A DNA stretch of 32,000 nt, taken from Propionibacterium ruminifibrarum. GTDB lineage: Bacteria > Actinomycetota > Actinomycetes > Propionibacteriales > Propionibacteriaceae. The DNA lies in the NCBI RefSeq assembly GCF_900289195.1, contig NZ_OMOH01000007.1:1-32000 (forward strand). The letters run 5' to 3'. The position numbers were made by a program, and so were the translations under genes. Shown here piece after piece: positions 7,334-15,903 of the stretch. Each line of letters starts with the position of its first letter. The stretch's first letter is position 1. The notes below the pieces were generated by a model, which did not search any database, had not been told where the DNA came from, and saw nothing but the letters and a program-made list of their open reading frames with translations.

Positions 7334-8596
7334 ATGGCCGATGTGAGCTACCGTCCTCGTGTCGTTGATGCCCTCGTCGACGATGTCCTGGGCTACTCGG
7401 GTGGCTTGCTGATTGAGGGCGTGCGCGCCTGTGGCAAGACCATGACTGGACGCCAGCATGCGGCATCCGAGGTCGCCCTGGACTCGGGTCTGCCGCAGAT
7501 TCGCGCTGCGCTCGACCTTGATCCTGCGCTGCTGCTGGACGGTGACACCCCCAGGTTGATCGATGAGTGGCAGCTCGCACCGGACCTGTGGAATGCGGTA
7601 CGGCGGGAGGTCGACGCCAGGCAACGCCCTGGACAGTTCATACTCACCGGTTCCTCGGTTCCCGCCGAGGATGCTACGCGGCATTCCGGTGCCCACCGGA
7701 TCTCCAGGGTGCGCCTGCGTCCGATGACCCTGTTCGAGCGCGGTCTGGGCGCGGGGACCGTCTCGTTGGCGGCACTGTTCGACGGCGAGGCGCCGCCGCC
7801 CGCGCTTGACTCCGGCACGAGCGTCCCAGAGGCGCTGGATGTGCTGGTGCACGGCGGCTGGCCGGGCGACGTCGATGCCACCACTGCGCAGGCGCAGCGT
7901 CACCTGCGCGACTACGTGGAGGATGTTGTCAACATCGACGTGGGGCGGCTCGATGGAGAGCCGCGCCGCGATCCGATCAGGTTGCACGCACTCCTGCGCT
8001 CCCTGGCGCGCCACATCGCCACCGAGGCTTCGTTCACTACCATCGCGAGGGATGTGACGACTCAGGCGCTCAGCGCGGAGACCACCGCGAGCTACGTCAA
8101 CGCCCTGAGGCGGCTCTTCATTGTCGAAGAGCAGCCCGCGTGGGCTCCGCACCTGCGTTCACGCTACGCGGTGCGCACCTCATCAAAACTCCATTTCGTG
8201 GATCCCGCCTTGGCTGCAGCCATCACCGGGACCTCGGCGGAGCGTCTGATGCATGACTTGGAGACCGCCGGGTTGTGGTTCGAGTCCCAGGCTGTACAGC
8301 ATCTGCGGACCTTCGCCGAACTGCGAGGTGGGCACGTCTACCACTACAGGGACAAGTCGGGAAAGGAGGCCGACGCCGTCGTCGAGTTCGACGACGGCCG
8401 TTGGGCTGCTTTCGAGGTCAAGCTGGGGCAACGGCAGATACCGAAGGCACAGGACTCCCTGGCTGCGTTCGTGGCCGACATTGACACGCGATATACGCCC
8501 GCACCGGTCTTCACTGCCGTCGTGACCGCCGACGGACCCACCATGACGATGCCTAACGGCGCCTTCACCTTCCCACTCAGTGCGCTGCGTCCGTAG
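7334..8596 (+). CDS. AAA+ ATPase with C-terminal DUF4143 / PD-(D/E)xK nuclease-like domain
   Basis: Walker A is GVRACGKT and Walker B-like is RLIDEW. The C-terminus GKEADAVVEF...AAFEVKLG matches a D...(E)xK restriction-endonuclease-fold motif. A strong RBS (GCAGGAGGAG) precedes ATG 7334. Confidence 0.9.
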   Translation: MADVSYRPRVVDALVDDVLGYSGGLLIEGVRACGKTMTGRQHAASEVALDSGLPQIRAALDLDPALLLDGDTPRLIDEWQLAPDLWNAVRREVDARQRPGQFILTGSSVPAEDATRHSGAHRISRVRLRPMTLFERGLGAGTVSLAALFDGEAPPPALDSGTSVPEALDVLVHGGWPGDVDATTAQAQRHLRDYVEDVVNIDVGRLDGEPRRDPIRLHALLRSLARHIATEASFTTIARDVTTQALSAETTASYVNALRRLFIVEEQPAWAPHLRSRYAVRTSSKLHFVDPALAAAITGTSAERLMHDLETAGLWFESQAVQHLRTFAELRGGHVYHYRDKSGKEADAVVEFDDGRWAAFEVKLGQRQIPKAQDSLAAFVADIDTRYTPAPVFTAVVTADGPTMTMPNGAFTFPLSALRP

Positions 8597-9194
8597 TGGC
8601 GCACCAGCTGGACGAGGGACCCGAGTCGCTGCGGGGACAGGGTCTTCTCGCGCATCTCGTGGGGAGCGCCGGCGGCGTGCCAGTGGTGGGCGCAGAGATC
8701 CTCCTACAACCGTTTGACCAGAGTTGTCCGTGAGGGGTCGTCCTTCCCGGATTTCCTGTCCACCCACAGATCCCTGACGCGGCGGATGCGTCTGGCATGA
8801 CACAAGAACGGTTGTTGACTCTCGTGCTTGGGGGAGTTGTTCGAAGCCGTGGTCGAAGGTGCGCCCGAGGAGGCACAACCCCAGGAGGACTGCTTCCGGC
8901 GGTCTCGCGCGGAACGCCATGGCTTTCCGGTAACAGGATTGGCGTTGTCGGCGGGTTACTGACGTGTTTCTCGGCGAGGTTGGTGGTGGCTATCGTATGA
9001 TCCGGACCATGAGCCGGGTCCTCGTGGCAGATGAGGAATGGCTGTCCTGCGTGGCCGTCAGGGGACAGTGCCGGACGAGTCGATGACGTTGAAATCAGGG
9101 GCGACCATTCTTCTGTCGAAGGTCATGGGCGGCGCGTGAACGAGCATCACATGCTTCCAGTGAGGCGGTGGGAACTGTGATAGAGGTGTTCCCC

Positions 9195-9974
9195 GTGAAC
9201 GCCCAGTTGATGCTGGGAATCTTCTTACCGCTTCTTGGGACCGGCCTCGGTGCGGCAACCGTATTCTTCTTGCGAGAGGGTATCTCCGATGTCGCGCGGC
9301 GGGTCTTGACCGGTTTCGCCGCCGGTGTCATGGTGGCGGCCTCCTTCTGGAGTCTGTTGCAACCGGCCCTGGAAAGTTCTGCTCAGCTGGGAAGATTTTC
9401 CTTCATACCTGCCACCATTGGTTTTCTGGTGGGTATCGGATTCTCCTGTTCCTTGGTTTTGGTGCACCGCATCATGCACGTCGGCGAGAAAATCGAAGGG
9501 CCGGTGGGCGGTCTGAAACGGACGACCAAGCTCATCCTGGCTGTCACCCTGCACAACATCCCCGAGGGGATGGCTGTTGGCGTGGTGTATGCCGGATGGT
9601 TGTCCGGGGAAACCGGGATCAGTCAGACGGCCGCCTTGGCCCTGTCGCTAGGCATCGCCATTCAGAATTATCCTGAGGGCGCCATCGTGTCAATGCCGCT
9701 CAGGGTCGAGGGAATGTCGAAGGCGAAAGCCTTTCTGTGCGGCGTCCTCTCCGGGGTCGTGGAGCCGATTGCTGCCGCGGTGACCGTTGTCACCGCGAGT
9801 GCGGCTGTCATCGTGCTGCCCTACCTGCTGGCCTTCGCTGCTGCAGCAATGATGTATGTGGTGGTTGAGGAACTGATCCCGGACATGTCCTCGGATACGC
9901 ACTCGAATGTCGGGACGGTTTCTTTCTCGCTGGGATTCGTCTTGATGATGATCCTGGATGTGGCGCTGGGGTGA
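9195..9974 (+). CDS. ZIP family metal (zinc) transporter, ZupT-like
   Basis: ZIP signatures LHNIPEGMAVGV and IAIQNYPEGAIVS with multiple TM segments. The start is ambiguous (GTG 9168/9177/9195 or ATG 9210). I chose 9195 because AGAGG lies 9 nt upstream. Codons are visibly A/T-richer than in neighbouring genes. Confidence 0.85.
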   Translation: MNAQLMLGIFLPLLGTGLGAATVFFLREGISDVARRVLTGFAAGVMVAASFWSLLQPALESSAQLGRFSFIPATIGFLVGIGFSCSLVLVHRIMHVGEKIEGPVGGLKRTTKLILAVTLHNIPEGMAVGVVYAGWLSGETGISQTAALALSLGIAIQNYPEGAIVSMPLRVEGMSKAKAFLCGVLSGVVEPIAAAVTVVTASAAVIVLPYLLAFAAAAMMYVVVEELIPDMSSDTHSNVGTVSFSLGFVLMMILDVALG

Positions 9975-10082
9975 CATGGGCTTGCCCGTGTCCGGCGAAC
10001 GAGCTTCTGCGCCCGGTAGGTTCAGGGCGAGACCGGGGCGGGTCATCCCCTACGGCCACCCCGGAGGTGCAGCGGCGGGGCA

Positions 10083-10111
10083 TCGACGATGCCGGCCGTG
10101 AGTCGTACAAT
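10083..10111 (+). promoter_or_regulatory. Candidate sigma-70-type promoter for the aldo/keto reductase gene
   Basis: -35-like TCGACG (10083-10088), a 17-nt spacer, and -10 TACAAT (10106-10111). This would give a leader of about 130 nt before ATG 10243. Confidence 0.35.
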
Positions 10112-10242
10112 CCATTCCCACGACGACGTGAGACCATGCGGCATGGCCGGCTCGCCGTGCCCGGTCAGCCGGGACGGCATGCACCGGCGCGTCACCGGCC
10201 GGCAGCGATGCGCGTGGCCTGTTTCACCCGGCAGGAGGAGAC

Positions 10243-11265
10243 ATGGAGTACACAAAGCTCGGTACCACGGATATCACGATCCCGCGGCTGTGCATCGGTG
10301 GCATGAGCTTCGGGAGGGTCTTTCCCGATTTCCACCAGTGGGTCATCGACCAGCCCGCCACCCAGGCCGTCATCGCCCGGGCGCTGGAACTGGGCGTGAA
10401 CTTCATCGACACGGCCAACACCTACGCCCACGGCACGAGCGAGGAGTTCATCGGACAGTCGTTGAAGAACCTCGGCGTCAGGCGAGAGGACGTGGTGCTC
10501 GCATCGAAGGTCTACTTCAACGAGGGGCACCTGTCACGGGAGGCCATCGAACGCGAGATCACTGGAACACTCGAACGCCTGGGCACCGACTACCTCGACC
10601 TGTACATCATTCACCGCTTCGACTACGACACGCCCATCGAGGAGACCATGGAGGCGTTGGATGGCCTGGTGAGGGCGGGCAGGGTTCGTGCGCTGGGGGC
10701 TTCTGCCATGTACGCCTACCAGCTGCACAACATGCAGGTGGTCGCCGACCAGAATGGCTGGACGAGGTTCTCCAGCATGCAGAATCACTACAACCTGCTC
10801 TACCGGGAAGACGAGCGGGAGCTGATTCCGGTGTGCCGCCAGTACGGCATGTCCCTGACTCCGTACAGTCCGCTCGCCTCGGGGCATCTGACCCGCCCCA
10901 CCTGGGACTCCGACAGCGTACGGTCCACCACCGATACCACGATGCGCAGCAAGTACGACCGTGACCGTGAGACGGACATGCCCATCGTCACGCGCGTCGC
11001 CGAGCTCGCCGAACGGCACCAGGTGCCGATGTCCGACATCGCGTTGGCCTGGCACTGGGCCAGGGGTGTTGCCGCACCGCTCGTCGGCTGTTCGAAGCCG
11101 AGCAGGGTCGACGACGCGGTGCGCGCCCTCGACGTGGAACTCACCGCCGACGAGGTGACCTACCTGGAGGAGCCCTACCAGCCCCACGAACTCGTCGGCC
11201 CCCTCGCCCGCCCCGGCGAGAGAACCCTCGCCGGGGCCACCCAGGAGCCGCCGCGGCGTTCGTGA
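10243..11265 (+). CDS. Aldo/keto reductase (Tas/YajO-like long AKR)
   Basis: MEYTKLGTTDITIPRLCIGGMSFG...FIDTANTYAHGTSEE...DLYIIHRFD are typical AKR motifs. RBS GGCAGGAGGAG precedes ATG 10243. Confidence 0.9.
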   Translation: MEYTKLGTTDITIPRLCIGGMSFGRVFPDFHQWVIDQPATQAVIARALELGVNFIDTANTYAHGTSEEFIGQSLKNLGVRREDVVLASKVYFNEGHLSREAIEREITGTLERLGTDYLDLYIIHRFDYDTPIEETMEALDGLVRAGRVRALGASAMYAYQLHNMQVVADQNGWTRFSSMQNHYNLLYREDERELIPVCRQYGMSLTPYSPLASGHLTRPTWDSDSVRSTTDTTMRSKYDRDRETDMPIVTRVAELAERHQVPMSDIALAWHWARGVAAPLVGCSKPSRVDDAVRALDVELTADEVTYLEEPYQPHELVGPLARPGERTLAGATQEPPRRS

Positions 11266-11291
11266 GAGCCGATTCGTCGTTTCCGTCGCGT

Positions 11292-11328
11292 GCCCGGGGA
11301 GGTGTTCGTCAGAACGACCGCCCCGGGC
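11292..11328. terminator. Hairpin between convergent AKR and ABC permease genes
   Basis: GCCCGGGG ... CCCCGGGC form 8-bp outer arms with additional imperfect inner pairing. There is no clear U-tract. Confidence 0.35.
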
Positions 11329-11367
11329 GCCGGAGGGGATGAGAGCCCGGCCGCAGGCCCAACGCGG

Positions 11368-12549
11368 TCACAGCGAGGTGCTCGACCGGGAGCGCCCGAG
11401 GGCCAGCCCGACACCCAGGATGGCCGCCGCGAACAGGGCGCACACCCCGCAGTCGCCCACCAGCGTGGCCAGCGATCCAGTGGCGGTCAAGGTCGGGTCG
11501 GCGGCACCGTTGATCGCCTGGTTCACCCAGTAGCAGGGCGTGAAGCGGGACACCGTGATGACCGCGTTCGGCAGGTAATCGACCGGGACCCAGGCCCCGG
11601 ACAGGAACGACAGGGTCATGCCCGCGATGTTCGCGACGGCGTTCGATGCGTTCTCCCCGAGCCCGAGCTGCCCCAGCAGGAAACCGACCGCCGAGGCCAC
11701 GAGCACGTAGGAGAACAGGGCCAGGGCGAGAACACCGAGCAGCGGCGCAGAGCCGGACACGTGCTCGAGGCCGAACGCGGTGATGCCCAGAGCCATGATC
11801 CAGGCCCAGCCCACGACGCCGACGACCAGGCAGGCGCACAGCACGCCCGTGCTCCGCGGCAGACCGCCGACCGGCGCCGCGTTGATGCGCGACCGCACCG
11901 GGCGGCGGCCCAGCGCCGTCGTCAGTGTCGAGACGGCCACGACGGAGAAGGCGAACAGCGGGTAGGTGGAGAACTTGGCGAAGACGACGAGGCTGTCGGG
12001 CAGGGGCGCGCCGTCGGGCGTGATCAGCTCGGCCTGCGCCTCCTGGGTCATCGCCTCGTCGGCGAGCCCGACGGCTCCCTCGGGCCCGGCGGTGCCGGAT
12101 GCCAGGTGGGCGTAGACCTGGTCGAGCCAGGCGCGGGTGCGCACGTCCATGAGGGAGCCGGACGCCGAATCGTAGCTGACGATCGTGTCCAGAACCGGTG
12201 CGTCCTGGCCTTGGCGGGCCGCATCGAAGAACGCGTCCCCGTAGCCGGCTGGGATGATGAGGATGTACTGGATGCGGTTCTGGGCGGTGGCGTCCTGCAT
12301 GGCACGCTTGTCGTCGTCCAGGGGCTCCGGCTCGCCCGAGGACTCGACGTAGTCGGTCAGAGCCTGCGACACCACCGAGCCGTCCCGGTCGACGACCGCC
12401 ACCGTCGGCACATCCTCGAGCAGCTGCGAGTTGTAGTTCCCGCTGGAGAACCCGGTGAGCAGGCCCAGCATGCTCAGCAGGAACAGGTAGATGAGGATGT
12501 AGCCGCGGTGCGCGGCGATGATCCTCAGCGAGCACTTAAAGATGCTCAT
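11368..12549 (-). CDS. ABC-2 type transporter permease
   Basis: 393 aa with an N-terminal TM, a large extracytoplasmic loop and five C-terminal TM segments. Its start overlaps the upstream permease stop by 14 nt. Confidence 0.85.
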   Translation of the reverse strand: MSIFKCSLRIIAAHRGYILIYLFLLSMLGLLTGFSSGNYNSQLLEDVPTVAVVDRDGSVVSQALTDYVESSGEPEPLDDDKRAMQDATAQNRIQYILIIPAGYGDAFFDAARQGQDAPVLDTIVSYDSASGSLMDVRTRAWLDQVYAHLASGTAGPEGAVGLADEAMTQEAQAELITPDGAPLPDSLVVFAKFSTYPLFAFSVVAVSTLTTALGRRPVRSRINAAPVGGLPRSTGVLCACLVVGVVGWAWIMALGITAFGLEHVSGSAPLLGVLALALFSYVLVASAVGFLLGQLGLGENASNAVANIAGMTLSFLSGAWVPVDYLPNAVITVSRFTPCYWVNQAINGAADPTLTATGSLATLVGDCGVCALFAAAILGVGLALGRSRSSTSL

Positions 12550-13681
12550 GGCTCATCCTCCTCATCCGGACCAGCGCGATCGAAAGGAACAGGCACGCCA
12601 TGGCGCCCATGACGGCGCAGCTGTGCGCGAAGGGCGCAAGACTGTCGTAGTAGAGCAGCGAGAAGAAGCAGTGCGCCGACTGCCACAGGGGATTGAGCTG
12701 CGCCAACAGGGGCAGGGAGTTCTGCACCGTGTCGGCGAGCTCCTGCGCCGCCGTGCCGTACAGACCCGTGAACAGCGACAGCAGGCAGGTGATGCCGGAG
12801 ACGACCCCCGTCCTCATCCCGCGGACGGTTCCCAGGGCGGCGCCCGCGGTGCAGGACAGCAGGCTGGAGACGCCGATCGCCAGGTGACACATCCCGGTGT
12901 GCGCCCCGAAGTCGACGCCCACGACGAGGCGGATGAACCAGAAGGCGGCGAGCAGGCAGACGAGGATGCCGAGCCATGCGGCACCGAGCGTGCCCGCCAG
13001 CACCTTCCACCGCGGGATCCCCGCGAGCGTGCGACGTGCGCCGAGCGGCGAGGAACCGGCCACGACCTCCTGCACGGCGAGCATCGAGATGTGCATGCCC
13101 ATGCCGCAGGCGAAGGCGAGCAGCGCGAAGTAGTAACGCACCGTCGGGCTGCTGGGGGACTCGGTGATCTGGGCGCGCTGGGTGGACACGTGCTGCACCT
13201 GCATGGCGGCGATCTGCTCGGGGCCGGCCCCCTGAGCAGCCAGGGCGGCGTACTGGGCCCTGGTCTGCTCATAGGAGTCGAGGGCGGCCCGCAGCACGGG
13301 GACCGTGTTCGCCGCGCTGTCATTCGGCAGGACGCGCAGCACCGGTGTGCCGTCCTCGACCTCGATGTAGCCGACCGTGTCGCCGTTCTTCGCTGCCGTC
13401 TCGGCCTCGTGCGCCGTCGCGTACCGGTGGGTGTTGATGAGGTGGGTCCCGTCCTGCTCCGACGAGAGGGCGGCGATGAAGGCGTCGAATCCCTCGGCGG
13501 CCTCGTAGGCGTCGTCCTGGACGACGCCCATCTCGATCGGGTCGGCCTCGTATGAGTCGTCGAGCGCCGAGAACGCGGCCATGAAGATGAGGGACATGAT
13601 GATGGGGAAGGCCAGGGTCCACACGAGCAGGACCTTGTCGCGCAGCAGTCGCAGCACCTGGTAAGAGCCGATGGTGAGCAT
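12536..13681 (-). CDS. ABC-2 type transporter permease
   Basis: 381 aa with the same topology as its paralogous neighbour. It begins 2 nt after the ATPase stop codon. Confidence 0.85.
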   Translation of the reverse strand: MLTIGSYQVLRLLRDKVLLVWTLAFPIIMSLIFMAAFSALDDSYEADPIEMGVVQDDAYEAAEGFDAFIAALSSEQDGTHLINTHRYATAHEAETAAKNGDTVGYIEVEDGTPVLRVLPNDSAANTVPVLRAALDSYEQTRAQYAALAAQGAGPEQIAAMQVQHVSTQRAQITESPSSPTVRYYFALLAFACGMGMHISMLAVQEVVAGSSPLGARRTLAGIPRWKVLAGTLGAAWLGILVCLLAAFWFIRLVVGVDFGAHTGMCHLAIGVSSLLSCTAGAALGTVRGMRTGVVSGITCLLSLFTGLYGTAAQELADTVQNSLPLLAQLNPLWQSAHCFFSLLYYDSLAPFAHSCAVMGAMACLFLSIALVRMRRMSHEHL

Positions 13682-13682
13682 C

Positions 13683-14642
13683 TCAGGCCGCCTCGTCCCG
13701 CAGGGCGCGCCCGGTGATCTCGAGGAAGACGTCGTTGAGGGTCGGCGGCTCGGATGTGACCCGCCCGTAGGCGACGCCCCGGCCGCTCAGCACGCCGAGC
13801 ACGTCGGACAGGTTGTGCGCCCCGGAGGTGCACTCGACGTGCAGCTCGGGAATCTCGTAGTCGACGGTGCGCACGTGCCCGAGGCGCCGCAGCTGCTCGA
13901 CGACGTCCTCGCCGAGGGGCTCGGTGCCGATGATCTCCACCCGGATGCGTTCGCCCGTGCCGATCATCGACTTCAGCTCGTCATTCGTGCCGATCGCCAG
14001 CTGCCTTCCGGCGTCCATGATCATGATGCGGGTGCACAGCTGCTCGACCTCCTCCATGTAGTGGCTCGTGTAGATGACCGTCGCGCCGCGCTCGTTGAGC
14101 CCCCGGATGCCGTCGAGGATCGCATTGCGGCTCTGCGGGTCGACGGCCACCGTCGGCTCGTCGAGGATGATCAGCTCGGGCTGGTGGGCGATGCCGCAGG
14201 CGATGTTCAACCTGCGCAGCAGTCCGCCGGAGAGCTTCCTCGGCCGGAACTTCGTGAACCCGCCGAGGTCGACGAAGTCGATGGCCTCCGCAACGAGTGC
14301 CCTGCGCCGCCTGCGGTCGGGCACGTAGAGGGCGCAGAAGGCGTCGATGTTCTCGGCGACGGTGAGCTCGTCGAAGACCGCCACATCCTGCGGCACGACG
14401 CCGATGCGCCGTTTGAGCTCGTAGGAGGTGGCCGTCATCGGCCGGCCGAAGACGGCGACCTCGCCGCGGTCGTAGCTCAGCAGCTGCAGGACGCAGTTGA
14501 TCGTGGTGGTCTTGCCCGAGCCGTTCGGTCCGAGCAGGCCGAAGATCTCACCGGACTCGATGCGCAGCGAGAGATTGTCCACCGCGACCATCTCCCCGTA
14601 GCGCTTGACCAGCCCCTCGACGGACACCGCCTCGTCGGCCAT
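13683..14642 (-). CDS. ABC transporter ATP-binding protein
   Basis: Walker A is GPNGSGKTT, the ABC signature is LSGGLLRRL, and Walker B is LIILDEPT. It is the first gene of a three-gene minus-strand operon. Confidence 0.95.
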   Translation of the reverse strand: MADEAVSVEGLVKRYGEMVAVDNLSLRIESGEIFGLLGPNGSGKTTTINCVLQLLSYDRGEVAVFGRPMTATSYELKRRIGVVPQDVAVFDELTVAENIDAFCALYVPDRRRRRALVAEAIDFVDLGGFTKFRPRKLSGGLLRRLNIACGIAHQPELIILDEPTVAVDPQSRNAILDGIRGLNERGATVIYTSHYMEEVEQLCTRIMIMDAGRQLAIGTNDELKSMIGTGERIRVEIIGTEPLGEDVVEQLRRLGHVRTVDYEIPELHVECTSGAHNLSDVLGVLSGRGVAYGRVTSEPPTLNDVFLEITGRALRDEAA

Positions 14643-14799
14643 GTCGGCTCCTTCCTGTTGATCGTCCCGATGATCATTCCGTGCCTCGGTCGGTGCGCAG
14701 AAGTGAGCGTTGTCACGCGGCGAGGGCCCGACCCATGACTTCTGTCACGAGTCCAGACGGCGGGCCCACCGGGTTCCGGTGTGCCGGATAATCGCCCTC

Positions 14800-15903
14800 A
14801 TGAGGGTTCTGGTGGACAAGAGCGTCATCTGGTGCGGGTGCATCGCCCTGGCGCTGCTCCCCGGCCCGCCGGTGGCGGCCGGGATCTCGTGGCTGCTCGG
14901 CGCGCTGGCGCTCAGTGCTGCCTGCACTCTTCCAGAGCGCGCCCGTGCCGCGATCGTCGTGCCGGTCGCCTACCTGCTGCTGGGGGCCCTGTCGCCGTGG
15001 TCGGTGTTCGGCGCGCCACTGCTCGTCCACGACCTGGTCCGTGCGGTCGCCCGCGGGTCGTGCCGCGCATGGCTGCTCCCTGCCTGCTGCGTCCCGGTCC
15101 TTGCTGCCGTGGCGTGGCACGGTCTGCCCCTGCTCGCCGCGGGGCAGGGTGCCATCGTGTCCGCGCTGGCCGCTGCCCTCGCCGTCCGCACCGCGCAGGG
15201 CGAGGCGATGCAGCGGCGCCTGCACGTCCTGCGGGACGACCTGCAGGTGAAGATCGGCGAGTTGGAGGACTCGAACGCCCGCCTGCTCGAGACCCAGGAC
15301 CACGAGACGAGGGCCGCCACCCTGTCCGAGCGCACCAGGATCGCCCGTGAGATTCACGACACCGTGGGGCACCTGCTCACCCGCCTCGTCCTCCAGACGA
15401 AGGCGCTGCAGCTCGCTCACCGTGACGAACCGGCCGTCGTGGCGGAGCTGAGCGGGGTGAACGCCACGCTCAACGAGGCACTCGACTCGATGCGCCGCAG
15501 CGTTCACGCCCTGTCGGACGAGGGTGAGGACCTGGCGACCTCCCTCAACGTGCTGGGCTCGCGCTGCGGCATCGAGAACGTGGCCGTGCGCTGCACCCTG
15601 GACCGGGAGCCGCCGCCTGCCGTCTCGCGCTGCCTCATCGCAGTCACCCGTGAGGCACTGACGAACGCCGCCCGGCACGGCCGGGCCGGCTCGGCCCGGG
15701 TCGTGCTCGCCGAGTACCCGGTGTTCTGGCAGATCACCATCGGAAACGACGGCGCCGCACCCGCCCCCGAGCGGCTTCACGACGCCAGCGGCATGGGCCT
15801 GCGCTCGATGCGGGAACGCATCGAGTCGCTCGGGGGCGTGCTGAGGATCACCACCAGCCCCCGATTCACGGTGTTCGCCACCCTGCCGAAGGAGAACCCA
15901 TGA
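14800..15903 (+). CDS. Sensor histidine kinase (HisKA_3 type, DesK/LiaS/YvfT-like, intramembrane sensing)
   Basis: H-box ERTRIAREIHDTVGHLL and ATPase G-box GMGLRSMRERIESLGG. About five N-terminal TM segments have only short loops. I chose ATG 14800 although the ORF opens at 14710. The stop overlaps the response-regulator start (ATGA at 15900-15903). Confidence 0.85.
   Translation: MRVLVDKSVIWCGCIALALLPGPPVAAGISWLLGALALSAACTLPERARAAIVVPVAYLLLGALSPWSVFGAPLLVHDLVRAVARGSCRAWLLPACCVPVLAAVAWHGLPLLAAGQGAIVSALAAALAVRTAQGEAMQRRLHVLRDDLQVKIGELEDSNARLLETQDHETRAATLSERTRIAREIHDTVGHLLTRLVLQTKALQLAHRDEPAVVAELSGVNATLNEALDSMRRSVHALSDEGEDLATSLNVLGSRCGIENVAVRCTLDREPPPAVSRCLIAVTREALTNAARHGRAGSARVVLAEYPVFWQITIGNDGAAPAPERLHDASGMGLRSMRERIESLGGVLRITTSPRFTVFATLPKENP

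Noticed and set aside
6903-8152. Minus-strand ORFs of 225 and 338 aa antisense to the ATPase gene
   Set aside because: They are low-complexity Arg/Pro-rich translations, whereas the plus frame has Walker A/B and nuclease motifs plus a strong RBS.
8600-8900. Possible tyrosine-recombinase remnant on the minus strand (…VDRKSGKDDPSRTTLVKRL*EDLCAHHWHAAGAP…LVRHY)
   Set aside because: The motif spacing is far too short for an integrase catalytic domain, the R/H/Y residues cannot be aligned convincingly, and the frame continues antisense into the ATPase gene.
9009-9167. Short ORF MSRVLVADEEWLSCVAV… resembling an IS5-family OrfA N-terminus (L-x-DEEW) or a response-regulator start
   Set aside because: It has only about 25 codons before a stop. 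The follow-on similarities need several frameshifts and deletions, and no terminal inverted repeats are seen. It is noted only as something a blastx or ISfinder search could settle.
9060-9167. Zur/Fur-type box upstream of the ZIP transporter (GTTGAAAT half-site at about 9088)
   Set aside because: No matching inverted half-site is present, so there is no convincing palindrome.
11290-12612. Long ORFs (440 aa on the plus strand, 408 aa in an alternative minus frame) overlapping the ABC-2 permease gene
   Set aside because: They have Arg/Gly/Pro/Asp-rich low-complexity translations with no motifs. The permease frame gives coherent TM helices. These are high-GC shadow ORFs.
14713-15780. 355-aa minus-strand ORF antisense to the histidine kinase gene
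   Set aside because: It is a shadow ORF with a low-complexity translation, whereas the plus frame has clear H-box and ATPase motifs.
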